Shown here in pieces: positions 10,702-22,542 of a stretch of 64,000 bases of DNA; position 1 is the first letter of the stretch; every line of letters begins with the position of its first letter. The DNA is from Histomonas meleagridis 2922-C6/04-290x. Taxonomy: Eukaryota; Protista; Parabasalia. The stretch spans positions 62,001 through 126,000 of the forward strand of contig JAANOX010000017.1 in NCBI GenBank assembly GCA_020184695.1, read 5' to 3'. The position numbers were made by a program, and so were the translations under genes. The notes below the pieces were generated by a model. That model had not been told where the DNA came from. It saw nothing but the letters and a program-made list of their open reading frames with translations, and ran no database searches.

Positions 10702-13338
10702 ATGATTTTCTTCTTGTTCTCGTTCTCATTATCAGCTCTATTTGGAATTGATTTTGGTTCTGAGTACATTAAAGTTGGGATGGCACTCCCTGGGAAGAGT
10801 GTTCATGTTGTTTTGAATCAGCAATCAAAAAGGATTTCTCCATCTTATTTTGCTATATGGAATATCTCAAATCCAAAAGCAACAAATCCTCCAGCGCATT
10901 GGGCTTTTAAAGATTTAAATCAATTAAATTGGGCCTTTTTGGATGCAGCAAAAATTCATACAAATCGCTTTCCAAAGAATGGAATCAAAGGAATTCCACC
11001 ACTTCTAGGAGAAAAGAATGGACTTACAGGACGCGAAATTTATGCATTAATGCTTCGACACCTTATAAGTACGGTTGATGACGAAAAATGGAAACCAGAA
11101 ACAGCAACAGTTGTTCTTAGTGTTGAGCCTAACTTTCCTTTTGAAGAAAGGATTGCTTTAACTGAGGCAGCCAAGATTGCCAGAATTAATTTAGTATCAA
11201 TTATTGATTCTCCAACAGCTGCCGCCAATGTATATGCATTAGAGAAACACACGCTTTATGCAAACTCACCAAAAACAGTCATATTCCTTGATTTAGGCGC
11301 AAAACATACCTGGGCAGCAATCTACAAATTCATCAAAAAAGGCGAAAACCCAATAGTTGAGCAGCTTGCAGTTTCGTCAAATTACTCTCTTGGAGGCAAT
11401 CTTATGGATGTGAAAATATCCAATTTATTAATGAACAAATTTTATGAAACTCATGGAATAAAGGTTGAAAGTGATCGAGTACAACGTCGTTTCCTTGAAG
11501 AATCACGAAGAGCTAAAGAACTTCTTTCATTGAATGATAAGTCAGAAGTCAAAATTGATGATGTTGTTGACGATCTTGGCATATCTTATATCCTAACACG
11601 TCAAGAGTTTGAATCCCTAATATCCGAGTTCAATACATCTCTCTGTTCATTAGTTGACGACGTTATCAAAAAGGCCGGCTTAACGGTCACCGATGTTAAC
11701 TCCATTGAACTCATTGGCGGCGCTACACGAGTACCATATGTTATGCAAGTTCTTATGGAGCATGCAGGTATGAGCAAACTTAATCGTACCATGAATAGTG
11801 ATGAAGCTATCGCAATTGGTTCCACATATATTGGAGCCTCAATGTCCAGCTCATTCATTGTTAAGTCTATCAAAGCCAACTCAGCTATTGGTATTAATGT
11901 ATCTTTGATAACGCCCACAGGAGGGAAAAAGGTTTTATTCACAGAAGATTCTGACATCAATGAAAAACCGCAATTTTTGTGTAAGGTCGGTGAACTTGGC
12001 ACTTTTACCATCGTTTCCGGTTTTAACGATACGGAAATTTTACTGTTTGAAGTTGTTGTACCAAAAGAATCCTTTTTGAGCGATGAAGTAGAGATTGTTT
12101 TTGGTCTTAACAACTTCCTTGTTCCTACTGTTGTCAATGCAACCATCAATAGTAAGTTCCGTGCAAAAGTCAAATCGACATCTCCAGAATTTGTAATTGA
12201 TGAAGATGAAACAGATCGAAGTTCGAAGTTCATCCGCAAGATGGAAAAGGTCATGAAAGAACGTCTCAAGCAACAACAATTAAGAAGTGATTTTGAAAGT
12301 TATATGTACAAGATCAGAGACAAAATCGAATACAATGAAGACTTCAAGAAAGTATTAACAGAGGACGAAATGAACGAGATAAAGGAAACCCTTAAAACTA
12401 ATCAACAATGGTATGAAGCGACAGATAAGCCAAAATCATATGAACTTAAGAAGAGATTTTCACAACTACAAAAAATGATGAAAGCGCCTGACACAAGATT
12501 TGATCAATTATCGAAAAGAGATAAAGCATTTGATAAGTTGAACAAAACATTACGAACTGTGTTCAACTCAATCAATGAATCATGGCCAATCTTTCGCAGT
12601 TGGATTCCAGAAGAAAAAATGAACGCATTATGGGAACTATATAATGCCACTAAAGATTGGATGGATGAAAAGGAAGGACTTGTTAAGCAAGCAAAGGCTA
12701 CAGATGACCCAATAGTGATGGACTACGAAATCGACGCGAAAACAAAAACTTTGGAAAGGCTTTACAACCAAACCGCAGCCATCAAACAACCGACGCAACC
12801 GCCAAAAGCAGTCAAAAAGGAAACATCAAAAGAAGATGATGCGCAAACCGAAAAACCGTCGAATGCTGAGACAGAAAATGAAAACGAAAGAGAAAATATA
12901 AAAGAAGAGCAAAAACCAAAGAATATGAAAAAGAAAGGAAAGCAAAAGAAGGTGAAACAACCAAAGATTCTTAAATCTAATCGAGAAAATCTTAATGAGT
13001 TAGAAAGAGAAAAACAATTGCAAAAGGATATTAATGAATATAATAGAGAAATAACAAAAGAATTAGAAAGAGAGAACAAAATGCAAAAAGAAGTTAATCC
13101 TATTGATATGAACAACAAAGAATTACAATCCAAAGATGCATCTAATGGAGAAGTTGATGACGTCATCAAAATCGTAAGAGAAGAAAATGTCGATGATGAT
13201 AAAATAGTTCGGAAAATGGAGAAAGAAAGAATTGTCTCTGGAAAAGACTTCCAAGGAATCGAATATGAAGTCGAAAAGGAAGAAATAATAATTGATAACG
13301 AATCAGACACAAACCAGAAGAAAAAGAACGAACTTTGA
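10702..13338 (+). CDS. HYOU1: ER Hsp70-superfamily chaperone (GRP170/HYOU1/Lhs1-like)
   Basis: Signal peptide MIFFLFSFSLSA, then LFGIDFGSEYIKV, FLDLGA, KAKELLS-like RRAKELLS, IELIGGATRVP, MNSDEAIA and RSDFESYMY; charged tail ending KNEL (ER-retention-like). Confidence 0.85.
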   Translation: MIFFLFSFSLSALFGIDFGSEYIKVGMALPGKSVHVVLNQQSKRISPSYFAIWNISNPKATNPPAHWAFKDLNQLNWAFLDAAKIHTNRFPKNGIKGIPPLLGEKNGLTGREIYALMLRHLISTVDDEKWKPETATVVLSVEPNFPFEERIALTEAAKIARINLVSIIDSPTAAANVYALEKHTLYANSPKTVIFLDLGAKHTWAAIYKFIKKGENPIVEQLAVSSNYSLGGNLMDVKISNLLMNKFYETHGIKVESDRVQRRFLEESRRAKELLSLNDKSEVKIDDVVDDLGISYILTRQEFESLISEFNTSLCSLVDDVIKKAGLTVTDVNSIELIGGATRVPYVMQVLMEHAGMSKLNRTMNSDEAIAIGSTYIGASMSSSFIVKSIKANSAIGINVSLITPTGGKKVLFTEDSDINEKPQFLCKVGELGTFTIVSGFNDTEILLFEVVVPKESFLSDEVEIVFGLNNFLVPTVVNATINSKFRAKVKSTSPEFVIDEDETDRSSKFIRKMEKVMKERLKQQQLRSDFESYMYKIRDKIEYNEDFKKVLTEDEMNEIKETLKTNQQWYEATDKPKSYELKKRFSQLQKMMKAPDTRFDQLSKRDKAFDKLNKTLRTVFNSINESWPIFRSWIPEEKMNALWELYNATKDWMDEKEGLVKQAKATDDPIVMDYEIDAKTKTLERLYNQTAAIKQPTQPPKAVKKETSKEDDAQTEKPSNAETENENERENIKEEQKPKNMKKKGKQKKVKQPKILKSNRENLNELEREKQLQKDINEYNREITKELERENKMQKEVNPIDMNNKELQSKDASNGEVDDVIKIVREENVDDDKIVRKMEKERIVSGKDFQGIEYEVEKEEIIIDNESDTNQKKKNEL

Positions 13339-13505
13339 GGATTATGTGAAGTGAATAAAGTCATACAAATACAAAACGGTTTTATTTAAAATACAACTTT
13401 TTGATAATTCTTTTCTTAGTAATTGAGCTGTAATTTGGCCGACTGAAATCTCTTGTCAAATTGCAAATTCAGAGAAACAAATTTGTATAAACTATTTAGA
13501 CCGAG

Positions 13506-13800
13506 GGGTATGATGAATGGTGCTCCGGATTTGAAAGGAATGCAACGATACGAATTGTTGATTGAAAATTGAATTAATTCAATTCCCTCGTCATAATATT
13601 AAGAATTTTCATAGCCATTCAAATTTTTGTTGTATCGTATATGTCATTTTTCATTTCCATAGAATATTTTAGTCGAAATTATTTTTATTGAAACACAATT
13701 GAATGAGCAAATATTTTCTCATGTTTTGCATGGTTCACAAAATCGAAAAATCCGATACGTTCAATTCCTTTCAAATCCGGGAGCACCATTCATCACACCC
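13506..13800. mobile_element. MITE-like element (about 295 bp) with 36-37 bp terminal inverted repeats
   Basis: 13506-13541 gggtatgatgaatggtgctccggatttgaaaggaat versus 13764-13800 attcctttcaaatccgggagcaccattcatcacaccc (1 mismatch, 1 indel). Flanks are gaccgag and gacagag, a 7-bp direct repeat with 1 mismatch. Confidence 0.6.
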
Positions 13801-14086
13801 GACAGAGGGCCATTTCCAAAATCTTTTCACGTATGACAACATTCTTTTTTTCATATCACAATTCCTTCAGATATACAAAAGTGCTATTTTTTTAAGAATA
13901 AAACAAACAATTTCCAACATGTTATCGTTCGGTTTTGACTAAGTTTGTTCCCATATTGAATACGTGCTTGCAACATTTTTAGAATTTAAAATTGCAATGA
14001 AAGAGTTTATATTTGTCTCAGCAACGAGTTTCAAAGGTATGAAGTGTGGACAGAAATCAAATTTTTACATATATTACATGAATAAT

Positions 14087-15034
14087 TTAATTATTTCGTT
14101 CAAATATTTTGCCTGAGCAATATAACGCACATAAAATTTTTGCTTCTGTACTTAAATTTGTATGTTCTCCAAGTTTGGTTATGTACGAACAATAACGATT
14201 TTCTTGATCTGATGTTTCTACAATCATACCAAAAAGTATATATGTCTCTAATGTTATGGATTCATGAAAAGCTGAAATAACTTGTGACTTTTCATCAAAC
14301 TTACTTGTGTTCCATGAAAAAATCCGTTCACATACATGACTAAACGTATCCTGGGTAACCCCGAGGGGTACCCCAACCGATAGGGGGACGTTATTGAAAT
14401 TAATTGGGTTTTCAGATGTTTCATCAACTGCAAAACATATGAGGTCTGGCGCATCAAGAAGCGGAAGTGAGTGTAAAATCTGTATTTGAAAGGGTTCTTT
14501 TGTACATGGAGTATATAAGTGTAAAAATGGCTGCGCATCATTGAGTCTTCTGCTGTAGAAAAATCTACCTATAAAGTTTTTTGTAAATGCTTTTATGGCT
14601 TTTTCGGGCAATGGAATGTATGGCCTTGAATTTGCATCATCAATAATATTGATCATATTTTGGAGAAAATTTGGAATAGAATCATTTTTTTGATTTCGAA
14701 AATAATTGTAAGTAACCCCTTCCGGGTTGTTCATGCTTTGAAGTGCAGAACGAAATCTGAGTGCAGTACTTAATTTTTCGGCGTAATTTTCCATGTTTTG
14801 CTCGCAAATCAATGACATAATTTCCATTTCATCCTTATCTGGTATTTCAAGCTCAAGATCAGCAGCACCAGGGTATTGCATAATAATTGAAAAAAATAAA
14901 GAAATTTTGGATGATGAAGAATCTAATAATTCAAATCCAATATCACCTATTTTTAACTTCCATTCGTTGAGCGAGGAAAGAATAATATCAGGAGTAATTT
15001 CTTTGGGAGCAAGCGAATTGAGTTCAGTTTTCAT
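14087..15034 (-). CDS. Hypothetical protein
   Basis: 315-codon ORF with normal composition; no recognised domain. Confidence 0.7.
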   Translation of the reverse strand: MKTELNSLAPKEITPDIILSSLNEWKLKIGDIGFELLDSSSSKISLFFSIIMQYPGAADLELEIPDKDEMEIMSLICEQNMENYAEKLSTALRFRSALQSMNNPEGVTYNYFRNQKNDSIPNFLQNMINIIDDANSRPYIPLPEKAIKAFTKNFIGRFFYSRRLNDAQPFLHLYTPCTKEPFQIQILHSLPLLDAPDLICFAVDETSENPINFNNVPLSVGVPLGVTQDTFSHVCERIFSWNTSKFDEKSQVISAFHESITLETYILFGMIVETSDQENRYCSYITKLGEHTNLSTEAKILCALYCSGKIFERNN

Positions 15035-15479
15035 CGCTTCTTCTATTAAACGATTAAAATGAATTCAAACAAATTCATCTTTGTAAGTTATCAAGAAATT
15101 CATGATTCTTAGTAAATAAAATCGAATATTATAAACATCCTAAATGCATATTGCATATATTTCAATTTTCCAAAATTTGTAATCATTGAAAAATTTCGAT
15201 TTAAACTAAAATCTTTCATGAATTCTTTTTAATTCATATTGCTGAGTTTCCTAAATTACCACCATCATGTTTGTATAACTTTACAGTTTATTTTGGTCTC
15301 TTTTAATGTATATACGCGTGCCTATACAATAATAAGCATGCTTTATTGAGTTAACATTTCTTGTTAAAGAAGCATGAATTTTGCATAGTGCCAAAAATTA
15401 CAATTTTAATTCTAATTAAATTTTATTAAATATACATTTTTAAATATTTTCTTTATCAGTAATATAACAATATTCTCTC

Positions 15480-17430
15480 TAATTATTCTAAAATCCCTAT
15501 CTACATGTTTTCATCGTTGGAATTTTATTTTTTATCAGATAATAGATGATAAGATGACCATTATTTAATGCTATTATAAGTGCAGTTTCAAATAAAAAAT
15601 ATAATTTCCAAATATTATATTGTATTTTTAAATCATTAAATTAAATTATAATCTAAACAATTAAATATTTTTAGCATTGATATCAATACCTTTTTGTTCA
15701 AGAAGTAATTTAACTATTTCTGTATGACCTTTTTCAGATGCTTCAATAAGTGCTGTTTCAAATAATTTATATAATTTCCAAATATTATTTCAAAATAGGA
15801 AATTATTTAAATAAATTCCAAATAAAATAAATAAATATCTTTAGCATTAATATTATATTATATTTTCATATTATTAAAATGAATTTTGTATAAAATAAAA
15901 AAATATTTTTATTATCAATATCAATACCTTTTTGTGCTATAAGTAATTTAACTATTTCTGTATGACCTTTTTCAGATGCACATATAAGTGTTGTTCTAAA
16001 AAAATTCAATAATTTCTAAAAATTATTTTAAAATATCAAATTATTAAAATAAATTCCAAATAAAATAAATAAATATCGTTAACATTAATTTCAGTTCTTT
16101 TTTTTTGCTAAAATTAACTTTACGATTTCTATGTAACCATTTTCAGATGCTCTAATAAGTGCTGTCCAAAATAATATTAAAAAAATTTCCAAATATTATT
16201 TCAAAATATCAAATTATTAAAATAATTATCATACAATACAAACAAACATCTTTTGCATTAACACCCCATTTTCTTTTTTCAAGAATCATTTTGCATATTT
16301 CAATATTTTCAGAACATACAAAAGGAATTAAAATATTTATTGGAATGAAATAATCATCAATAAAATATTTTACCAGAAATAAATTACCAATCCGTGCTGA
16401 TTCATAAACATTAGATTCTATGAATTTAGAATCTTCTTTTTTCATTAAAAACTTAAGAAGTTTATATGAATCATGTGAAATACATTTCATTTCTAAATCT
16501 TTTATATCTAATGTTTTAATAATTTTATTTTCATAAAGATATTTAAAGATTTCATTTCGATGAAATTCAATTGCTGTTTCATAGGCATCTTTAAATGATA
16601 AATGTTTTTGTTCACATAAATGAATGATTTCTATATTTCCTCCTGCATCTGCATATTTACCTGTATTATATACATTGGCTTTATTCATAAGTAAATATCT
16701 AAAACATTTAATTGATCCAAAAAATGCTGCATAATCAATTAATTTAACATTTTGTGTATTAATAAAAGAAAATCTTTCATAAAGTGATGGTTCAATTGTT
16801 TGATCAAAATCAAATTTTGGTTGTGCTGAAATTTATTGAAGTTTTTCTACTTCATCATTTCGTATTATTTTCGCAATTTCATTTGGATTATGTCCTTCTT
16901 CAATCAACTTTTTATGAAGTTCCCAATCATTCTTTGATAGTTCTTCATAATTATTTAAAAAAGTTTCCTCAAGTGGATCATAGTGGAACCAATTTCTTTT
17001 GCTATTCTCTTCTTTTGTTTTAGTTTATTACTGCAAAATATTTTGTTTCAGTATTTTTGGTAATTTTTGGATCAATTAAATTTTGTTTAATCATACTCTC
17101 AATTAAGTAATATGATTCTTGTGATCTTAATGGTAAAAGATAATAAACTAAAACAACAAATATATTGTTATTATTGTTTTCAAATTTCTTTTTATCCAAC
17201 GCGTTAAAAAAGTTAAAATAAATATTAATATCTTTTTGTTGCGAAATAAATGACGAATAAACCAATCTACATATTATATAGAAAAATGAATAAGAATAAT
17301 TGTTGTCATATAAATTAAGAATTGATTCTACTGATTCTTTAATATTTTCATTTTCTGAAATAAAAATAATTTTTTCAAGTGAAGTTAGCATTGGCGGATA
17401 TCCATTTGTTTGAATTTTTCCTTTGATCAT
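15480..17430 (-). pseudogene. Ankyrin/DUF3447-like gene, locus B, with inserts in its ankyrin repeats
   Basis: Homologous to locus A. Frameshift near 17020 and an in-frame TAA at KLQ*IS (about 16833; E in paralogs). Inserts at 16166-16250 (85), 15995-16077 (83), 15852-15907 (partial), 15757-15839 (83) and 15587-15669 (83). The 3' end is approximate. Confidence 0.75.
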
Positions 17431-18689
17431 AGTTCTTTTGAATTTGGAGATCTAAATTTGGAAATTCTGTTTTCTCAACAATTAATTACGTTTTGATTGT
17501 CAACTTTTTGAATATACTTAAGTATCAATTAAACATATTGTAAAGACACAAACCCTATCACTTATATAAATACATTGAAAATAAAATCATGTCGCCACTC
17601 CGATATATAAGAATTCATTTGAATTAACATTGAAATGTTCGATTTTTTCACATATTTCCACTTTTTCTCCAAATATTGAATAACAACCAAGAAATAATTT
17701 TGGATATTTACATAGGAGACCTTGAAGGCTTTTATTTTTCCAAATGATTTCTGAAAATTTTAGAAAAAAGAGAAAAATTAATCAGATCGAGATCGCAAAA
17801 TTCAGCAGTCGAAATTGCCTAGAAATTTATTTTAACTCAATACCAGAAATTACTCATACATTTCGATTTTCAACGAAAAACTATTGATAAATTTAGAGTT
17901 GAAGTACCTCTAAAAATCATTAATTTCATAAATGAAACTTTTCATACTAATAAAGTTGTCAATATTGAATGATGATTCATGTAAAGAATAAATATCAGAA
18001 AAAATAACCAAAAATTTCTAGAACAAAAACTGGAAGCCGCTTCGATAGATGAAATTGAATTGTTTTTTGAGAAGAAATTACGGTTAAAGTTTTCAGGCAT
18101 CGAGTTAATATAAACATCGGCAGTTATAATTCAAATATATGTACAAAAATAGGGGTCAATTTAATTACAAACATTATAGGAAAAAAAACTTTTATTCACG
18201 ATTTATTTTTACACTCTAGGTGACACATTAAAGCAATCTTTCTTGCAATTTTATGGATTTTTGAATTTGTCAAATATTTTGATGCCAAATTGCATGCTGA
18301 AAGCAAATCAGGATGAATTTCCATTGACTTGCATGTAATAGGTGAAGGTCTTGGCAAATCAAATTCGATTGCTTTCATTTTTTTCTCAAAATTCTCTTGT
18401 ATACATATAATTTTAAAATTGCCAAAGGAAATAGGATTTTTGTAGAGAGAAAAATTGGATTTATAATTTTTCAATTTTTTGAACTTATCTGAAGATATCA
18501 TAAATATCGAAATAAAAAATATACAATTATAATGGTATATTGTGAATATTATTATTTATATTATATTAATGTTTATTCAAATACGCATTTTGACTGCAGA
18601 TATAAGTACTGTTAACTTTATTTTTTAATATTAAAATTTGAAATTAAAGTTGAAACTAACGGGACTCGGGGAACATACCTGAGAAAGCC

Positions 18690-19652
18690 CATTGTGGTTT
18701 GAACCTTTTTCACTTCGTAATTGTTTTATTTCTTTGAAATCTAACTGTTGCGCAATTTCAATATAAAGTGCTGTTTCAAATTATTAAAACATACATCAAA
18801 TTATTAAAACATATTACAAATTATTAAAATGAATATTTATTACATTAACATCAATTCCTTTATCTAAAAGTAATTTTACTATTTCTATATTATTATTTCT
18901 AACTGCAATATGAAGTGCTGTTTCAAATTATTAAAACATATTTCAAATTATTAAAACATATATAAAATTATTCAAATGAATATTTTTTGCATTAACATCA
19001 ATTCCTTTGTCTAAAAGTAATTTCACTATTTCTATATTATTATTTCTAACTGCTATATGAAGTGCTGTTTCAAATTATTAAAACATATTTTAAATTATTA
19101 AAACATATTCCAAATTATTAAAACATTTTCCAAATTATTCAAATGAATTAATTTTGCATTAACATCAATTCCTTTATCCAAAAGTAATTTGACTATTTCT
19201 ATATTTCCTGATTTAACTGAATATGGTAAAATTGTTTTTGGAATTTGTTGTCTTTCTATCTCACTTTCTATTATGAATGTGTTTCCTTTTGATGCTATTT
19301 CTTCTATAATTTCATTATTCATTTTCATTCCTTCTTTTTCTAAAAACGTGAAGATTTCAAAATTATTAAATTCTATGCATTTTTTCCCAAGATATATTAA
19401 ATTTTCTTCACTTAAATTACAATTATCTTGATTTTCGATATTGGAATTCGATTTTGTAAAAGAAAACATTGAAAATGAATTTTTTCTGTCATTAGAAATT
19501 TTCCCAATTTTATTTTCATAAAGATAACAAAAAACTTCATTTTGATGAATTTCTATTGCTGTTTCATATGCTTCTGTAAATGATGAATTATTTTGTTCAC
19601 ATAAATGAATAATTTCTAAGTTTCCTTTGGCTTCCGTGTAATAGTTATTCAT
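18690..19652 (-). pseudogene. 5'-truncated ankyrin gene, locus C, with inserts made of near-homogeneous 20-nt monomers
   Basis: Starts mid-family (GNLEIIHLCEQ). Cores read TALHIAVRNNNIEIVKLLLDKGIDVNAK (84 nt). Inserts at 19069-19151 (83), 18922-18984 (63) and 18775-18837 (63). Confidence 0.7.
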
Positions 19653-20659
19653 TTGTATGGAAATTATATTGTTTTTTTAATCATCGTATAGAAATATTAT
19701 TATTAATTTTATCATTTAACGCACATATAACAAATACATTATATTGGTACAAAATTGACAACTTATCAATTTCATTTCATTTTAAATAAAATATAGATTC
19801 GGAAAGAGTTCTTTATAGATTTTTTCAAGTCTGTGTCAATTTTTTGCTTCACCAAGGTATGGAATTCAAAAAAAATGATTTTTATTCGAAATTTTTGTTT
19901 TCGAATTTTTTTAAAAAATATTGTAATTCTCAAAAAACAAAAAAAATTGAATGTATCGTTCATACAAAAAGTTGTAAGAACGATTGTTTTTAGTTCAAAA
20001 AAATCACAGCTGTACCCCTACCCATGGATATGACGCCATTTTTTAAAAATCATTTAATATTGTATTTATTGATAATATGATTAAAAATAATTTCATAAAT
20101 CATTTTCCTTATGCTTTTATCGAACTTTTCTCTCTTATAATTTAAAAAACAATAAGTAGAACATTAAAAAAAGAAAAAATTATATTTGATGAAAATATTT
20201 TGACATTTATGACGGCTATGTTCTCAATTTTGAATACATTCAATTTTCAGAGCTGGGAAAATGTCATTCATAAAACACCAATTTTTTATTTTCGTTTTCA
20301 ATCACTGGGCCCAGAAACAGAGATTTTGTTATTCGTGTAAACATATTAAAATTTGGGGTTAACTCGATTGAAAAGCTTGCTTGCTTGCTGAAAATTATGT
20401 AAGCCTTAATCAAAATAAACAAATACTGCACATTCATTCAAAAACAGAAGGATGCACAAATATTTTTTTAGATCTAAGTTTGCAAGAAACAGAAAAATTA
20501 GAGTTTTCGTTTTTTATATGTGAAGTTTTGAACGGTTTTGTGTGTTGGTCGAGCATACATATTGAAAGCATGTATACTTTTAGCGCCATTTTTGAGCTTT
20601 TTGATATGAATTGAGAGATTTAATTTGAAAGGTTGAAAACGACACCTTCTCTTCACCAA

Positions 20660-21904
20660 ATGGGTTGGCCTTATATTCCTTTCACCCCTATTTGCTGCTT
20701 CATCCTCGCAATGGGTGGAGTCACAATGGGTGTTTCTTTATCTTATTGCTCACCAGCACTTCCTCAAATTCAAGAAGAATTCCATCTTAGTTCAACAGAA
20801 GCAACATGTTTTAATGTTATGAGTCCTGTATGCGGGATGATTGGTTGTATTATATGTTCTTTCCTTACTGGCCGCATTGGAAGAAGATGGTGCACATTTA
20901 TTTGCGCTGTTTTCACATTTCTTACATGGATTTTCCTTGCACTTCCAAAAGTATTCTGGCTTCTTATGCTCTTACGTTGCTTGAATGGTTTTTCACTTGG
21001 TTTCTTCTCAAGTGTTACACCCATTTTTATTGTTGAAGTTGCACCCCCAAGATATACTGGTCTTTTTGGTTATATGCATCAACTTGGCACAGCATTCGGT
21101 TATTGGTATCCTAATCTTGTTGGTAACACAGTTTCAGCGTGGCGTGATGTCACATATATTTGTTCAATTCCATCTGGCATTCTTATGCTTGGCTCTCTCT
21201 TTATTTCAGATCGTGTTGGCCCTACCAAAGGTGCATCTTATGGCAAAGTATTTAAGTATAAGAAACAAATGTTAATTGCCATGTTCATTCTTCTTATTCA
21301 ACAATTTTCAGGTATCAATGCTCTCCAATCCAATCTTAGGACTATTCTTAGCGAAGCACGAATCAGCAATGCTAGCATCATCGAAACAATGGCAACTGTT
21401 TGTCAGATTTTAACAACCATTGCCGCATCATTTATTGTCGACAGATGGGGACGAAGGAATTGTTGGATTCTTTCCACTGTTCTTCAATTCATTGCTTTCC
21501 TTCTTCTTGCAATACAACAAATTGCGCAAACTAACGGCGCACTTTTTATTGTTGGTCTTTTTGTTGAGCAATTAAGTTACGGCTTTGGTATGGGACCGAT
21601 TCCATTTCTTGTTGTTGCTGAATTATATCCAGAAGAAGTCCGTTCTGCTTCCATGGCATTAATGACTGTCACATGTTGGCTGTTTGCTGCCGTCGTTATG
21701 CTGATATGGCCAGTGATGGAAGAAAGTTTAACAGTTGGATATTGCTTCCTTGTCTTCTCAATCATATCAATTGTCGCGTTATTGTTCGGTATTTCCCAAA
21801 TAGACAATAAAAAGGCACCGAAAAAGGAAGAAGAAGATCTGATTGCAAATGAAGAAGAGGAAAAGGAATCAAGCGAAACTGCAAAAGCTTTGAAAGAGAT
21901 ATAA
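20660..21904 (+). CDS. MFS sugar porter (hexose transporter family)
   Basis: About 12 TM segments, GRIGRR loop motif, PIFIVEVAPPRYTG, QQFSGINA, VDRWGRR, GPIPFLVVAELYP; ATG at 20660. Confidence 0.92.
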   Translation: MGWPYIPFTPICCFILAMGGVTMGVSLSYCSPALPQIQEEFHLSSTEATCFNVMSPVCGMIGCIICSFLTGRIGRRWCTFICAVFTFLTWIFLALPKVFWLLMLLRCLNGFSLGFFSSVTPIFIVEVAPPRYTGLFGYMHQLGTAFGYWYPNLVGNTVSAWRDVTYICSIPSGILMLGSLFISDRVGPTKGASYGKVFKYKKQMLIAMFILLIQQFSGINALQSNLRTILSEARISNASIIETMATVCQILTTIAASFIVDRWGRRNCWILSTVLQFIAFLLLAIQQIAQTNGALFIVGLFVEQLSYGFGMGPIPFLVVAELYPEEVRSASMALMTVTCWLFAAVVMLIWPVMEESLTVGYCFLVFSIISIVALLFGISQIDNKKAPKKEEEDLIANEEEEKESSETAKALKEI

Positions 21905-22542
21905 CTTTTTGTGGAATGATTAAAATTAGTTTGAAGGTGTATATTCTTTACAAAATAAATATATTAAGTTGCTCTTTTTTGTTATTATTAAATATCTTAA
22001 AACAATAATAGATTTGTTGTGTTGAATTCCACTAAGAGAATTTTAAAATTTTAAGATAAATTTATCTTATTAATCATTAAAAAACACAATTTTATAAACT
22101 TATATTTATTATATATATTTCATTTATTAATAACTATAATTCATCCAAATAAAAATTGAAAATTTGAAAATCAACTTGCGAATCAGCTGATTTACTGAAA
22201 AATTGCTTTCCAGAAAATTGGTAAGAACAATTTTAACAAAACCTTGATATGACATTTATATCAATATAGAATGCTTATATTTTGGATAAATTTTGGTGTT
22301 TGTATATAATACTTAGTTTTTTTACATTATTTTGATTAATAAAATTGTTTTAGCACAATAATAAAAATCAAAATATTAACTTACATGAAAATAAATACTG
22401 AAGGGGTTTTTTTTAAAATATTTGTGTGTAATACAGTAAAATTACAGAACATATGAAATTAAATGTTTTTTTTACAGTTCCAAAATTTTTTTTTAGAGAA
22501 AAGTGACTAAAATTAAATGATGAACGTTTAGATTTTTTAAAG

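Noticed and set aside
11601-13364. Long antisense ORFs 11601-12269 and 12762-13364, and 37172-37879 opposite the kinase
   Set aside because: Shadow frames of real genes, caused by codon bias and low-complexity repeats.
13509-13600. Box C motif ATGATGA suggesting a C/D snoRNA
   Set aside because: No box D (CTGA) at a suitable distance; the motif is part of the inverted-repeat arm.
18196-18501. 101-aa minus-strand ORF
   Set aside because: No recognisable domain; may be a fragment, so not called as a gene.
18590-18678. GTATGT donor on the minus strand after ankyrin locus C
   Set aside because: No ACTAAC-type branch/acceptor motif downstream and no plausible joined exon.
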